Below are positions 23,316 through 36,207 of a stretch of DNA of 64,000 nucleotides, piece by piece; position 1 is the first letter of the stretch; the number at the start of each line of letters is the position of its first letter. A program made the translations under genes and the position numbers. Source of the stretch: Octopus vulgaris (Eukaryota); assembly GCA_951406725.2 (NCBI GenBank), contig OX597822.1, positions 92,752,001-92,816,000 on the forward strand, read 5' to 3'. Under the pieces are notes generated by a model. That model was not told the origin of the DNA and did no database searches. It saw nothing but the letters and a program-made list of their open reading frames with translations.

Positions 23316-24406
23316 TATCCTGTACTACTTTGTCAAAAGTGTTCTTTCCTTTTCAAAATAATACAAATGTGTTTTGGTGGAGATTAAACTGCTATTTCTA
23401 GCTAGTCAAACGTCTATTTAATGAATCCCTCGATGGCCCATGTGGGAGCATAGGAAAAATAATGTGAAATAAGTTTAAATAGTCCGAATCGATCAGTTTT
23501 CACTATTTTTATAATAACTTGCATACATGTAAACTTTGCTTGGTTTTATTGTTTGACCACCGTTTTATTTTGTATTGTTATTTTTTGTGCTGTTTTATTA
23601 TTTAAAAAAAAATTCTTTGTCATGTGATTATTATTATTATTGTTGTTGTTATTACTAAAGTCGTTAGAGTGGTGGTGTGTTAAACTATTTAGCTTCCTTC
23701 CCTCTGTCGTAATTTAGCCTCTCGTCACTTGGCATAAAACCCCTTCCTGCGATGCTACACCCCATGGCAGTTGAGGTGAGGGTCTTGCCTTGCAAGTTAC
23801 CTGGTGACCTCACTGTTGCAGGTGCCACATAAAATGCATCCAGTGCACTCTGTAAAGTGGTTGGCATTATGAAGGGCAGCCAGCCATAGAAACTAGCCAA
23901 AGCAGTCATTGGAGCCTGGTATGGTCCTCTGGCTTGTCACCTCCTGTCAAACCATCCAACCCATGCCGACAAGCAAACCAAATGTTCTTTTCTACTTCAG
24001 GCACAAGACCCACAATTTTTTGGGGAGAGGGGCCAGTCGATTAGATTGACTCCTCCCAGTATGCAACTGGTATTTAATTTATTAACCCTGAAAGGATGAA
24101 AGGCAAAGTCGACCCCGGCGGAATTTGAACTGAAACAAAACAAATGTTACATGATGTTGATTATATACACACACACATACAAAAAAAGTGGCAGCCTGGT
24201 AATTTGCTTTGCAACCATCTGGCTTTGGGTTCAGTTCCTTCGTGTGACACCTTGGACAAGTGTCTTTTATTGCTCTAGTTTGACTAACACGTTGTGAGTG
24301 AATTAAGTAGGCAGAAACTGTAATAAGTCCATTGTGTGTGTACTTTACTGGTTTCCATTTCAGCAAAGCAGTGCTGATGTTGATATTACTACAGATCACT
24401 CTGTGC

Positions 24407-24648
24407 ATTATTTACATTATTTACATTTGATGGTTATTTGTCCTCATCTTGTTTGTTGTTAACACACCGTTTCGGCTGATATACTCTCCAGCCTTCATCA
24501 GGTGTCTTGGGGAAATTTCGAACGTGGGTTCTCATTCCTCAGGTATTTTTCAATGTTGTTATTATTATTATTATTATTCAGGCCACTGCCTGGAATCGAA
24601 CTCGGAATCTTGAGGTTAGTAGCCCACGTTCTTAACCACTATGCCATA
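24407..24648 (-). mobile_element. tRNA-derived SINE carrying a minimal hammerhead ribozyme motif
   Basis: Minus strand: A box TGGCATAGTGG, B box GAGTTCGATTCC, (AAT)n linker, body with hammerhead core, tail (aatgtaaat)2. Confidence 0.75.
24461..24506 (-). ncRNA. Minimal type I hammerhead ribozyme motif (Penelope-type)
   Basis: gacac-CTGATGA-a-ggctg-gagagtatat-cagcc-GAAA-cggt-gtgtt: intact CUGAUGA and GAAA boxes, 5-bp stem II, stem I gacac/gtgtt, vestigial stem III. Confidence 0.6.
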
Positions 24649-24899
24649 TTCTGTGCTTTTGAAAACTTGTGGAATCTGTAAATTCTAAAAACAAACAGGT
24701 GAAGGTTGATAACAGGAAGATTATTTGGCCATAAAATCTTGCCTCCTAATCTATTCCTATCCAAGTTATGCTTGCATACAACACCAGATGTTAAACACAC
24801 ACATGATTGATACACAGTTTACACAGAGGCAGTTAAACTTATGTACATTTCTATTTAGTATTTACTTAACTAATTAATTCAACAGTGCATTAATTGCAT

Positions 24900-25250
24900 T
24901 GTTAGTTCGTCCATTGTTATTGACGACCAAGGATAACACCTAGAACAACATAGTGCTGTGTGTCCATCTATGACCAGTCAGTCTGATGCATGTTTGGAAG
25001 ACCCTACTGCATGTCAGGCACTGATGGTCTGTTGGACTGAACGCAAAGAATTGGCTCTAGCCTTGCGTAGTTCATGTTTTCTTCCCCCACCCCCTGCAAT
25101 CCAGTTCTGTTTGTAAGAGGTGGCATCTCTGATGATGCAGCTATGCCAGGCAGGGCGGTCTTGTGCTTGTGTTTCCCAGGTGTTGGGGTTGACCTCAAAG
25201 CTCTTCAGGAAAGCTTTGATTGCGTTCTTGAAGCACTATTTCTGTCCATC
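24900..25250 (-). mobile_element. RTE (BovB-like) LINE 3' fragment
   Basis: Minus strand translates GQK*CFKNAIKAFLKSFEVNPNTWETQAQDRPAWHSCI, typical of the RTE ORF C-terminus. Confidence 0.7.
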
Positions 25251-27329
25251 TTGCTTGTGCAGAGAATCGTGTATCAGGCAATTGAATAAGATGGCATTAT
25301 TAGATATTAGCTTCCACAAGGTTTACTTTGCCTTTCATCCTTTCAGGGTTGATAAATTAAATACCAGTTGCGTACTGGGGTCAATCTAATTGACTGGCCC
25401 CCTCCCCCCAAATTTCAGGCCTTGTGCCTATAATAGAAAGGAATATTAGATAGTGGCAGTATGGGGACTGACAAACAGAGAGAAATAGAGACACACTGCC
25501 ATTTTATATTAATATATAATCTATCATCCTAGCAATGCATGCATGGGAAAACAGATGTAAAACAACACTTGCTCCACCACAGAGATTTGGCTGAGGTTGG
25601 TATTTACCTTTAGTCCACTTACTAATCTTCTATACAACCTGTATCTCCTACCTTTGGCATGCCTTCTGTTGCCACTTCTGCATTTAGCTACACATGTATA
25701 TATGTGTGCTTGGCTATCTGTGTGTGTGTGTGTGTGTGTGTGTGTCTGTGTATCTCTGTGTTTGTGATGGGGGTTTCATTATCATCGTTGCTTTAATGTC
25801 CACTTTTCCATGCTTGTATTGGTCAGACAAAATTTGTTGAGTCAGATTTTCTATGCCAATCCTCACCTGGAAACAGGTGAGGCAATGTCTCTCCTTGATC
25901 AAACATTGAACCTCAGAAAAATAAAAGGATGCCGCTTATATGACAGTGACACTCATTTACAACTATCACACAATGTCAAGGCAATGAGACAGTAACACAC
26001 ACACACAATTATATACATATAACAACCTTATTTCAGTTTCCACCAACCAGATCCAATCACAAAACTTTGGTTGGCCGAAAGCTATAGTAGAAGACTAGCC
26101 CAGGGTGTCACAGAGTAGGATTGAACCAGAAACCACAAAATCACACCTGCACCTTAATATATATAGGGAGAGCTGTGTTTTTGTCTATGTTTGTGTGCAT
26201 GTATGTAACCTTTGAAAATTTATATTTGGAATGGTTTGTTTTCTTTTGATATGACTTCACTTATTGGCACCTCTCACTTGCAATGGGATCGGTTGACACC
26301 TTTAATTTACAATGTCTTTTTCCTATTTTGGTTGCAAAAGATTTTTAATTTTATCTCTGAGAAGCCCTAACAGAAGTTTAATGAAGCTCTTGAAGAAATG
26401 TACCATTGTTATTGCTGGTAGTATGGCACAAAGGAAACCAAGACCTAGTCTTCAGTAATGTAATATTGCTAAAAAAAAAAGAGAAAAAAAAACATCCCTG
26501 AGGGTGATGATAACCATTTCTAATGTAAGCAGAAAGTCGCAAGTTTAGGGGTAAGGGTTTAGTTGACTAAATTGACCCCAGGTTTTGACTGGAACTACAC
26601 ACAAGACGTGCACATGCACACTTTATTTGTGGGTTACAAGGTTACTATTCCCATCCAAAATGGAAATGAGTACTAACATATGGCATGCTTGAACAATTGT
26701 GAAGATCTTTTCACATGAAACCACTGGTAGCCTTCTTGATTCACAAATAAAGAATATTTGTCCACCAGTGTGGTGTTGAGCACTCATTCTTACTGTTCGA
26801 TATCAAAGTGTGTGTATGTATGTGTGTGTGTGTATATATATAGTAAACATAAACACTAGCTTATCTACAGTTTCCTGCCAACACTTGATGTATTCAATGT
26901 TGTTTATTTCATTGCAAGCTCTTTGCTATTGTACCTAGCCATTTCTGGCATCCTGTGAGTTGATGTGCCTTGATTCTCATGCATTTATGTTTATGTATAT
27001 TATCTAGTCAACATTGATTGGTTTATCTGCACCTTAGCACCTAACTGTCTGTGTGCCTTGATGGAAAGAAATCCGGATTGAATACTAATAAATCTCTTTG
27101 ATGTAAACATCACATTTCTCGTGTTTGAAAAATTATTTACCTGTTTCTTCTAACTTAAATAGATAACCAATATCAATATATATCTGTGTGAGTGTGTGTG
27201 TGTGTGTATGCGAACACTTATAATGGCTACACCTGGTGAAGTTGGTATGGTGTAAGTCTATTAACCAGAGACTCAACACTTTGTTTTCATCATCACTCAC
27301 TGCTAATGTTCTGCATTTGTGATCTAGGG

Positions 27330-27519
27330 CAGTGCTCCTCAACCTTTCTTTCAATTGTGGTACATTTATATTCTTTTCAAAAATTCAGTGGCACACCTGA
27401 ACTGAAAACATAACTAAAAGTATAGGGAAAAAAAAATTACATTCAGGTCACATTGCGGAACACCTAGCATCGTCTCATGGCACACCAGTGTGTTGCAGCA
27501 TACCAGTTGCGGGGCACTG
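27330..27519. mobile_element. hAT (Charlie-like) MITE
   Basis: TIRs cagtgctcctcaac / gttgcggggcactg (12 of 14 match); 8-bp flanks only partly match. Confidence 0.6.
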
Positions 27520-27599
27520 ACCTTGGCCATCTACCTCTCCATCCATTTGTTTTCTCCACCCATTATTCCTGGGTGGGTTGTGGGTGTAGAGTACTCACT

Positions 27600-27995
27600 C
27601 ATCTCTTCCAAAGGGTCCTAACAAAAACAGCTGTTATTAAACTTTTCCTGTTGGATTCCCAAGCATGATGAACTGAAACCATGAATATTATCCAAACCCT
27701 TCATTCTTGGTTCAGCCCTGGGTCTCCTGCCACTTGACTTGGCTTAGAGAGTCTGACTTGCAGTTCTTCTCTGTGACATTTTAATTACATCCACAGCACC
27801 AGAGCTGTGACCTCTCAATATGGAAAAGTATCAGCTCAATCTGAGAGACAGCCCGACTCCCTGTTCTCTGCGCTATGCACCCTGTTCAATAAATGTTATT
27901 CCCGAGAATAGAATCGGTAGAATCCCATTTTGGCTGCTTGTATTTGCATTTGAGCTCTTTGTCATTACCCAGCATTCATTACCAGAGGTGAGGAC
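27600..27995 (-). mobile_element. Old RTE (Expander-like) LINE fragment
   Basis: Minus strand cctcacctctggtaatgaatgctgggtaatgac gives LTSGNECWVMT, similar to the RTE LTYGHELWVMT motif; heavily decayed. Confidence 0.45.
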
Positions 27996-28087
27996 AGGCA
28001 AGAAAACTGAATAGGACACATGACTCTGATATGGCTCAGTTTGACTGGCTGTGTATATATACAGTGGCTGTGTATATTATATGTACT

Positions 28088-28469
28088 TGTACTTGTTTCA
28101 GTCATTTGACTGTGGCCATGCTGGAGCACCACCTTTAGACGAAAAAATTGACCCCAGGACTTATTCTTTGTAAGCTTGGTACTTATTCCGGTCACTTTTG
28201 CTGAACCACTAAGTTATGGGGAAGTAAAAACACCAACATTGGTTGTCAAGCGATGTTGGAGGGGACAAACACAGACACAAACCTATCTGTCTGTCTGTCT
28301 ACATATATGATGGGCTTCTTTCAGTTTCTGTCTACCGAATTCACTGACAAAGCTTTGGTTGGCTCGAGGCTAGAGTAGAAGACACTTGCCCAAGGTGTCA
28401 CACAGTGGGACTGAACCTGGGACTATGTAGTTGGGAAGCAAGCTTCTTACCACACAGCCACTACTGCGC
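28088..28469 (-). mobile_element. SINE family 1, full-length, antisense
   Basis: Reverse complement of the family consensus. Confidence 0.78.
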
Positions 28470-28985
28470 TTTTATATATTTTATATATTCAGTAGCCGTG
28501 TATAAGCTGTGTATATTTAAATATACACCTTAACGATAGATACAACTAGTGCTGTAAGCAGCTATTCTTTGTAATGTTGTGATCAAGTTCTTCCCACAAA
28601 TTTCATTTGGAGATGGATGGAAGTATTCTGCTAATCAGATTTGCCCAAGAACCACTGTGAAGATGAAGTCTTCAAGTACTGGCTTTGTTACCGCCAAAAA
28701 AGGGTCGATGGGATATGATAGTTGTGCAGCTGGTGGGGTGGTGAAGGTGATTGGCTTTGGGTGACACTTCTGTGGGGATGGCATTTTAAGAGGGAATAAC
28801 TGTGCAATATGTTGTACCTTCTATGGGGCCCAGTGTGGGAAACAGACTTGGACTGCCCCAGGCAGCACACACTCTAGCTACACCATTGGGACATGGGACT
28901 TATTTTGGGATATGTATGCCCAAATGCTGTGTTAGGGTTTAGCATCTTTATTCTTAATAATTTATTTTCTTCTTGTCTTTTTCAG

Positions 28986-31478
28986 AAACTGGCTGAGTCT
29001 CGAGACTCTCTGCTGAAACAGATTGAACTCCTAAACACCCAGTATGAGCAGATACAAGAAGAACACTTCTCTTTATGGAGTAAGCGTTCGAAAAAACCGA
29101 TGTCTTCATCTCCAAGAGCAAAGCGGAAATTTGACACCTTGCCTCAGGACATAGAGTCAGCGTCCCGAAGTCTGGTGGAAATCAGCCGAGCGAAGGGTTG
29201 TTTTGACAACGAAGAGAAAACTTGCACAAAGCTGGATTGCCAAGGCTACCGCAAACGTTACGAAATAGCCCTGAAAATTTTAACGGAGAAAGGACTCACT
29301 TCATTGGACAATATATCAGAAAAATCATCATTTGAAGTAGATTCTTTGGATGGTTCAGCAAGCATGGGAGACCAACCAAGAGAGGAGCTGTCCATGGAGC
29401 TCCAAGATGAATACAATGAACTCATGGAACGGACTGTTACTGAACCTGTGCTTAGTTCCACTTTCCAAAGGAAAAGCAGTCCTGAGCTGCAATGCCCCAA
29501 CTGTATCAGTTTAGCAGAAGAGAGACTGTCTTTGAAAAAACGTCTAAGTACTCAACTTGAACTTTTTGGTAAAGAACGCTTCCATCTTCTGAGTCGGTGT
29601 GAGAACCTCTCCAATGAACTGGAGAATGTCCAACTGACTCGGGACCAGCTGCAGACCGAGTTGAATATCACAAAGGAAGTCCAACGGGGACAAGACAGAC
29701 ATCCGTCTGAGGTGGAGCTGACAGATATTAAAGTGAAACTAGCCAACACTGAAGACCAAGTAGTGTTCTATCAGAATAAACTAAGTCAGTCTGAGGTTGA
29801 GCATCAGGAGTTGAAATCAAAGATAAACGAGCTGTTTGTAAAAGTGATTGACCAGCAGCATTATATTAATAATTTTGAAGAAGAATATTCTAGATCTCGT
29901 GATGGCTGGAACCACAAAGGAACAATGACCTCTATGGACAATGGTAAAATTGAGTTGGCTCCTGTAGGGGGCCGTCGTCATTCAGAACCAAATAACAATG
30001 TCCGTGACGTAGATCATGAAATGGAACATCATCATCCAATACCACAACACTTGTCTCAGTCCAGCAATAACATTTCCTTAGAATCCAATTTCGCCAACAT
30101 TCCACAGATGCCAAGTCTGAAATCCCCCAAATCTGATCGTGAGACATCCCCAGATTCTTTGAATAAGTCCTCACTGTCTGATAATTCAAGTCCGGCAGGG
30201 GATAGAGACAATTGGATTAACTATCATTCAGAGCATTCGAATAGAAATAACTCCAGTCCAGCCCTGAACCAAAGTGATAGATACAGTGACAGCCTTGCGT
30301 CTCCGCCCAAATTAACCAGATCGACACAGTCTAGTCCGTCTTTGTTGTTACTGAATAAAGAATTTCGTGAGTCTGAAAAAATCCTGTCTGAGTTTCAACT
30401 AGATCAAGGAGACTTCTTATTTGTTCAAGACAAACAAATTGAACTTATTGATGAGATAGCGGAGTTGAAACGGTCACTTTTACAAAGTAAAGAGGACCAT
30501 GTCAAAGAGATAGCCACCATAAAGGAGAAAATTGACCGCTTTAAAAAAGTGAAAGGACTTTGTGATACTCAGAATTTGTTAGATATTTTGGACAGCACTG
30601 ATACCATTTCTCTTTCTGTTGATGTTGTTGACCTTCGAGAAAAAGTTTCATTGCTTCGAGAAACCTGTAACAGATTGACAGAAGACAACAAGGATCTGCA
30701 GAAGAAGCTGTATAATCAAGAGTGTCTTGTGATGAAGGCGAAAATGCTACAGACGAATCCAAAACATTCTGTGACTGCTGAAGATTTAGAGACATCTTTT
30801 GGCAGCCAACTATTGCTACTTCAGAAACATCGTGATGAGCTTGCTGACAAACTCAGTGAAGAAAGACTACTTGAGAACCAATTCACAGAAGTTGTAGCAG
30901 CCAAAACCAGCCTTGATGAGCATCTCCATCGAGAGAAGGAACATGTCCAGCAACTGACTGAAAAAGTACAGATAGCTGAGGCTGAATTGTCCAGCAAGAA
31001 GGCTGAGTGTGATTATATGTTGCAGCAGCAGTTGCGGCTGGAAGAACTCATCAGAGACAAGGAGGAGGTGGAAAAACAACTGATGTCGGAGAAGTTCATC
31101 CTTGAATCCCAACTGACACAGACAAACTATGAACTGGAGACAAAAGAGAGACATCTTCGGGACATAGAACAACGCGTAAACAAATGTGCCAGCGAGATCA
31201 GTCCAGAGACAGGTGTCACTGCTGGCAATGACAATCAACTAAATGATATAGAACTGCAAGAGAAGTTTACACAAGAACTTAACGAAGCCAAATTAGTTAT
31301 TGAGAAACAGAACATTGACAGGTTGGAAGCTCTGCGCAAGGACATGGACGAACATCACAAGCGTGCTGTGGAGTACCTACGCCAGCAACTGCGCAGCGAC
31401 TTCAGCATGCGGGAATCCCGCCTTGAGGAACATCATTCAGCTCATGTTGCCAGTCTTCATTCCATCCACGCAGAACAG
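28986..31478 (+). CDS. AKAP9: Very large (2493 nt) coding exon: coiled coils flanking a Ser/Pro-rich disordered linker
   Basis: tctttttcag acceptor phase 0 and an 868-aa ORF. Probable donor CAG|GTGCAG at 31479 is weak; read-through stops at 31499. Confidence 0.85.
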
Positions 31479-32457
31479 GTGCAGCATTCTTGTTCTTAAT
31501 ATTCTTGTTTCTATCTCTCTAACCAAATTCTTCTCTTGTCATTTCTCATCTATAATAATTCTTTTGTCTAATTTTTTACATTCTCTTTGTTATTTTATTT
31601 TATTTTTAATGTTTAAAAAAAAACGAATATATTTTCATTTACTTTATGTTATTAATTTTGTTGTTGTTTAGTATTATTAATACTTTTGTTAGGGCAGTTG
31701 ATTATAGAATTGGTAGAGCAGCGGACAAAATGCCTCATTTTATTTAGTCCCTCCCTTTCACATCTTGAATTCAAAATCGTTTGCCATAGCTGTCATTGAC
31801 TTTCATCTTTTTAGGGTTGATAAAATAAGTACCAGTCATGTTTTGGGGTCAATTAATCTATTATGCATCTCCTTCAAAATATGCGGCTTTGTGCTTGCAA
31901 CAGAAATTTGTTCTCGCTTCTGGCCTTCCATATCTGCTGATGTGCTGGCATTGAGAGGAACCAGTCTAGTTGAGCACTTGCTTAAGGACTTCTCAAACCT
32001 GTCACAGTATTTGCTGGATGCTGAAGGAACCACTTTTTTCTAATGACAAGAGGTATGATTTGAACTTAGAATCCACAGAGCTGAAACAAATTCTACAATT
32101 CATCCATCCTTATCTCTTGACTGTCTCTTCATTTATCAACCCTAACTGTTGAAGTCAAACCTGTTTGAATTTAATCTCAGAACAACAAAAGCCAAAATGA
32201 ATTCCTACCATTCTTACGACTCTGCCGACTTGATAGGATATTTTATTTTTTAAACATTTACTTGCAGGTAGGTGGACTTGTACACTTTTCATTTTGTTTT
32301 ACTTTTTTTATTGGAACACTTTTCTATAATTTTTATTCTGAATTTATAGATTTTTGCTGGGTTAATGTAGTAAGAATATCAATGGATATAACTGTGTGTG
32401 TGTGTGTGTGTGTGTGTGCATGCGTAACCCCTTGCTAGCATGGGGAAAAGCCCACTT

Positions 32458-32499
<42 letters not shown>

Positions 32500-33599
32500 A
32501 ATCACTTTATCAATCAGACTATCAGATGTTGTTATACATCGCTGGTCACAGTGTGCTTCCTTGTATTGTGGTAGCTTTCAAATGATGCCACCCCACTTAG
32601 CTAGGCTGGCAGGACAGCACGACCCCTGCACAGAGTGCCAGTCTGTCATAAGGTTATCTCTTAACAGCTGAGTGCACTGGAGCAATGTAAAATGAAGTGT
32701 TTTGTTCAAGAATGCAGTCTGGGAATTGGAACCATGGTGTTACATTCTTGAGTGCACAACTTGGTGACAGTCTTCTAATTTGAACTTATGAACTTGTGGT
32801 TAGTAAACTAGCATTTAAACTCACAAATATTGGGTTTTATATGTGTATGCTTGTGTGTGTGTGCATGCGTGTGTGCATGCATGCATATATGTATGTTTGG
32901 AGAGATTTGTTGTTCTGTTTTTTATATATATTTTTAATATATAATTAGTGGTTTTTAATTTAAGAAAATTTTCCATCAAATATTGTGATTTTCTAAAAAA
33001 AATGTTTTTGTCTCACTTTTCAAGTTTCTGTTCATTTCCCACTATTTCCTTCCTTGTCTCTCCTTTTCCAACTGAGGTAACCATATATCTTCCCTACAGC
33101 AAGACACCTGTTTCTCTCTCTCTATCATACTTGTAATTTCTCATTACCTGATATAAAGACACCTTCCTGAATACTTCACCCTTCCCATTTGAGGGGTTCT
33201 TGTCTCTTGAATTACTTGGTAATCTCAGTGCTGCTGGTGCCATGTAAAATGCACCCAGTACACTCTGTAAAGTGGTTGGCATTAGGAAGGGCATTTAGCT
33301 GTAGAAACGATCCAAAGCTTGACACAATCCTCTGGTTCATCTATTCCTGTTTTACTGTCTAACACATGTCAGCATATAAAACAGGCATTAAATGATGATG
33401 GTGATGATATTTCTTTTATTAAGCTGTAAATAATACCAAGGTTGAGAGATTCCTGTGTTGCACTTGTCTAACTTGGTTTGATAAATGCAGTGCATGACAC
33501 TCTGTACTTGTAGCTTTAGAACCAGCAGTTAAATAATATATATTAGGATAATATAAACACAAATGCACGCACGCACACTAATCAGATGGAAACTATAGT

Positions 33600-33968
33600 A
33601 AATCAATTACAATCAAATGTAAACCGTAGTTATGGTCCCTGTACCAGTGGCACGTAAAAAGCCCCATCTGAACGTGGTCGATGCCAACCTTCTTGCCCTG
33701 ACTGGCTTCCGTGCAGGTGGTATGTAAGAAGCACCATCCGAACGTGGCCGATGCCAGCCCTCTCTGGCTGCTGTGCCAGTGGCACGTAAAAAGCACCCAT
33801 TACACTCTTGGAGTGGTTGGCATTAGGAAGGGCATCCAGCTGTAGAAACCTTTCCAGATCAGATTGGAGCCTGGTGCAGCCTCTTAGCTTGCCAGTCCTT
33901 TGTCAAACTGTCCTACCCATGCTAGCATGGAAAGTGGACGTTAAACGATGATGATGATGATGATGATG
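33600..33968 (+). mobile_element. SINE family 3 (RTE-like tail ending (GAT)n, internal ~60-bp tandem units); other copies near 1, 2130, 9786, 19420(-), 20410, 39835(-), 40420, 53200(-), 56005
   Basis: gagtggttggcattaggaagggcatccagctgtagaaac ... cccatgctagcatggaaagtggacgttaaacgatgatg recurs throughout the window. Confidence 0.75.
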
Positions 33969-34604
33969 CTTGCATATGTTATATGCATTCAATATCTGCT
34001 TGTAATAAAGTGTATTGTAAATAATTGCTACATAATTAAATCCTTACCAGTGTTTTACAGAGATAATTTGTGATCTCCAGAGTTAGAAAGAAAAATAGTG
34101 GATAGTTTGAAATGTTTGTGGTCATGTGATAAATGATGTCAGATTGGTACAGTTAACTGTCTATGACTCAGCAGAAGGTCATGGCTGTGCATTACTCAGG
34201 GTAGATGTTATCCTGAATATGTAGCTACCCAGCTTCACTTATTTTCCTGCAGTACTTTTACTGACCAGTCTTGCATGTCAAAACCATAGAACACCCGTGC
34301 TGACTCACAAGATTTACTGACCAGTTTGTCTAACTGACTAGATGTCAGGATAGCATCTTTCTAGACAAACTAGTTCTACTACTTCTCTGATAATCATAAG
34401 GCTTCTGTTCATGTTTTTAGGGTGGTTGATTTGGTAATTGTATTTCTTTCTTGATATCAGTTGTGTATTATTTTACCTCGTTTTAGTATTTCGCCATCCT
34501 GTTAAATGTTGTTTTATTGGAGCACAGAGCACAGATATTAAGAATGGATCAGAGAGTTGCAGCTTCTGCCTTAATGAGAAACTCCACATTATTCACCACT
34601 TAAA

Positions 34605-34827
34605 CCCTTTTGTTACTGTATGTCTTTTGAGATGCTCTGTGTTTCTTTCAATTAATTTTAAATATAACAAAAATTTAGTAAAATAACTTAGTTATCAATT
34701 AAGCTAGTGTTAGGAACATAAATTGTGACTAAAGTTTGGTGGAAGATTTTTAATTCAAAACTTAGGAAAACAAGACATTTGTACTACAGAGCCAGAGACG
34801 GTTTCAGCCAGGTTGGTATTGAAAGGG
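34605..34827. mobile_element. TTAA MITE family P2
   Basis: cccttt...aaaggg|ttaa termini; interior matches the 56896 and 57137 copies. Confidence 0.75.
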
Positions 34828-34974
34828 TTAAACTAATTTGCTGGACGATTGTTGACTTTAACTCTCATGTGATCTTCTTGAAAACACAGAGATTCTGATT
34901 TACATGAAGCCATTTCTTTTGAAGTTGCTGTTGTGTTTAGTTGGCATGACATGTGATTCCTATTTATCCTTTTT

Positions 34975-35785
34975 TTTACTCTTTTACTTGTTTCAGTCAT
35001 TTGACTGTGACCATGCTGGAGCACCGCCTTTAGTTGAATAAATTGACCCCAGGACTTATTCTTTGTAAGCTTAGTACTTATTCTGTCGGGCTCTTTTTGC
35101 TGAACCGCTAAGTGACGGGGATGTAAACACATCAACATCGGTTATCAAATGATGGCGGGGGAGGCAAACACAGACACAAACAACAAACACATACATATAT
35201 ATACTCTTTTACTCTTTTACTTGTTTCAGACATTTGACTGTGGCCATGCTGGAGCACCACCTTTAGTCGAGCAAATCGACCCCAGGACTTATTCTTTGTA
35301 AGCCTAGTACTTATTCTATCGGTCTCTTTTGCCGAACCGCTAAGTTACAGGGATGTAAACACACCAGCATCAGTTGTCAAGCGATGTTGGGAGGACAAAC
35401 ACAGACACATAAACACACACACACACATACATATATATACATATATACGACCGGCTTCTTTCAGTTTCTGTCTACCAAATCCACTCACAAGGCTATGGTT
35501 GGCCCGAGGCTATAGTAGAAGACACTTGCCCAAGGTGCCACTCAGTGGGACTGAACCCTGAACCATGTGGTCGGTAAGCAGGCTACTTACCACATAGCCA
35601 CTCCTGCACCTTTATATATACATATATATGCGACAGACTTCTTTCAGTTTCCATCTACCAAATCCACTCACAAGGCCCGATGCTAGAGTAGAAGACACTT
35701 GCCCAAGGTACCATGCAATGGGACTGAACCCAGAACCATGTGGTTAGGAAGCAAGCTTCTTACCACACAGCCACTCCTGCACCTT
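34975..35785 (-). mobile_element. Cluster of three SINE family 1 segments (full copy at 35204-35610)
   Basis: Tail, body and head blocks repeated in the same orientation. Confidence 0.78.
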
Positions 35786-36162
35786 TATAGCCACTCCTAC
35801 ACATAAAACAAACATATATTGGATTTTACCCCTAAGAGTGGAATAAGCACATTTTTGTTTTTGTATCACAAAATACATATCTCCCTCTCTCCACATCTTG
35901 TTCTTCCTCTCTATCTTTAATAGTAATAATAATGATTCCAAGTTTTGATACATGGCCAGAAAGCTAGTTAATTACATTGACCCTAATTCTTGACTTGTAC
36001 TTTCAACCCTAGAAGAATGTAAAGGAAAGTTGACCTCAGCAGAATTTGAAATTAGGATGTGAAGAGGTAGAAAAACACAACTAAGCACTTAGTCCAATGT
36101 GCTAATGATTCTGCCAGCTCACTGCTTTAATAATAATGATGATGATGTTGATGATGATGATG

Positions 36163-36206
<44 letters not shown>

Positions 36207-36207
<1 letters not shown>

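Noticed and set aside
24579-24648. Possible genuine tRNA gene
   Set aside because: A and B boxes are present but the acceptor stem does not close, and it is fused to a repeat body; treated as a SINE head.
26355-26445. CTGAGAAGCC...GGC..GAAAC hammerhead-like spacing
   Set aside because: Core and stems are too degenerate to distinguish from chance.
29258-31238. Antisense ORFs of 65-123 aa overlapping the large exon (similar ones at 10607-11369 and 12295-15069)
   Set aside because: Expected shadows of a biased coiled-coil coding strand; no independent gene signals.
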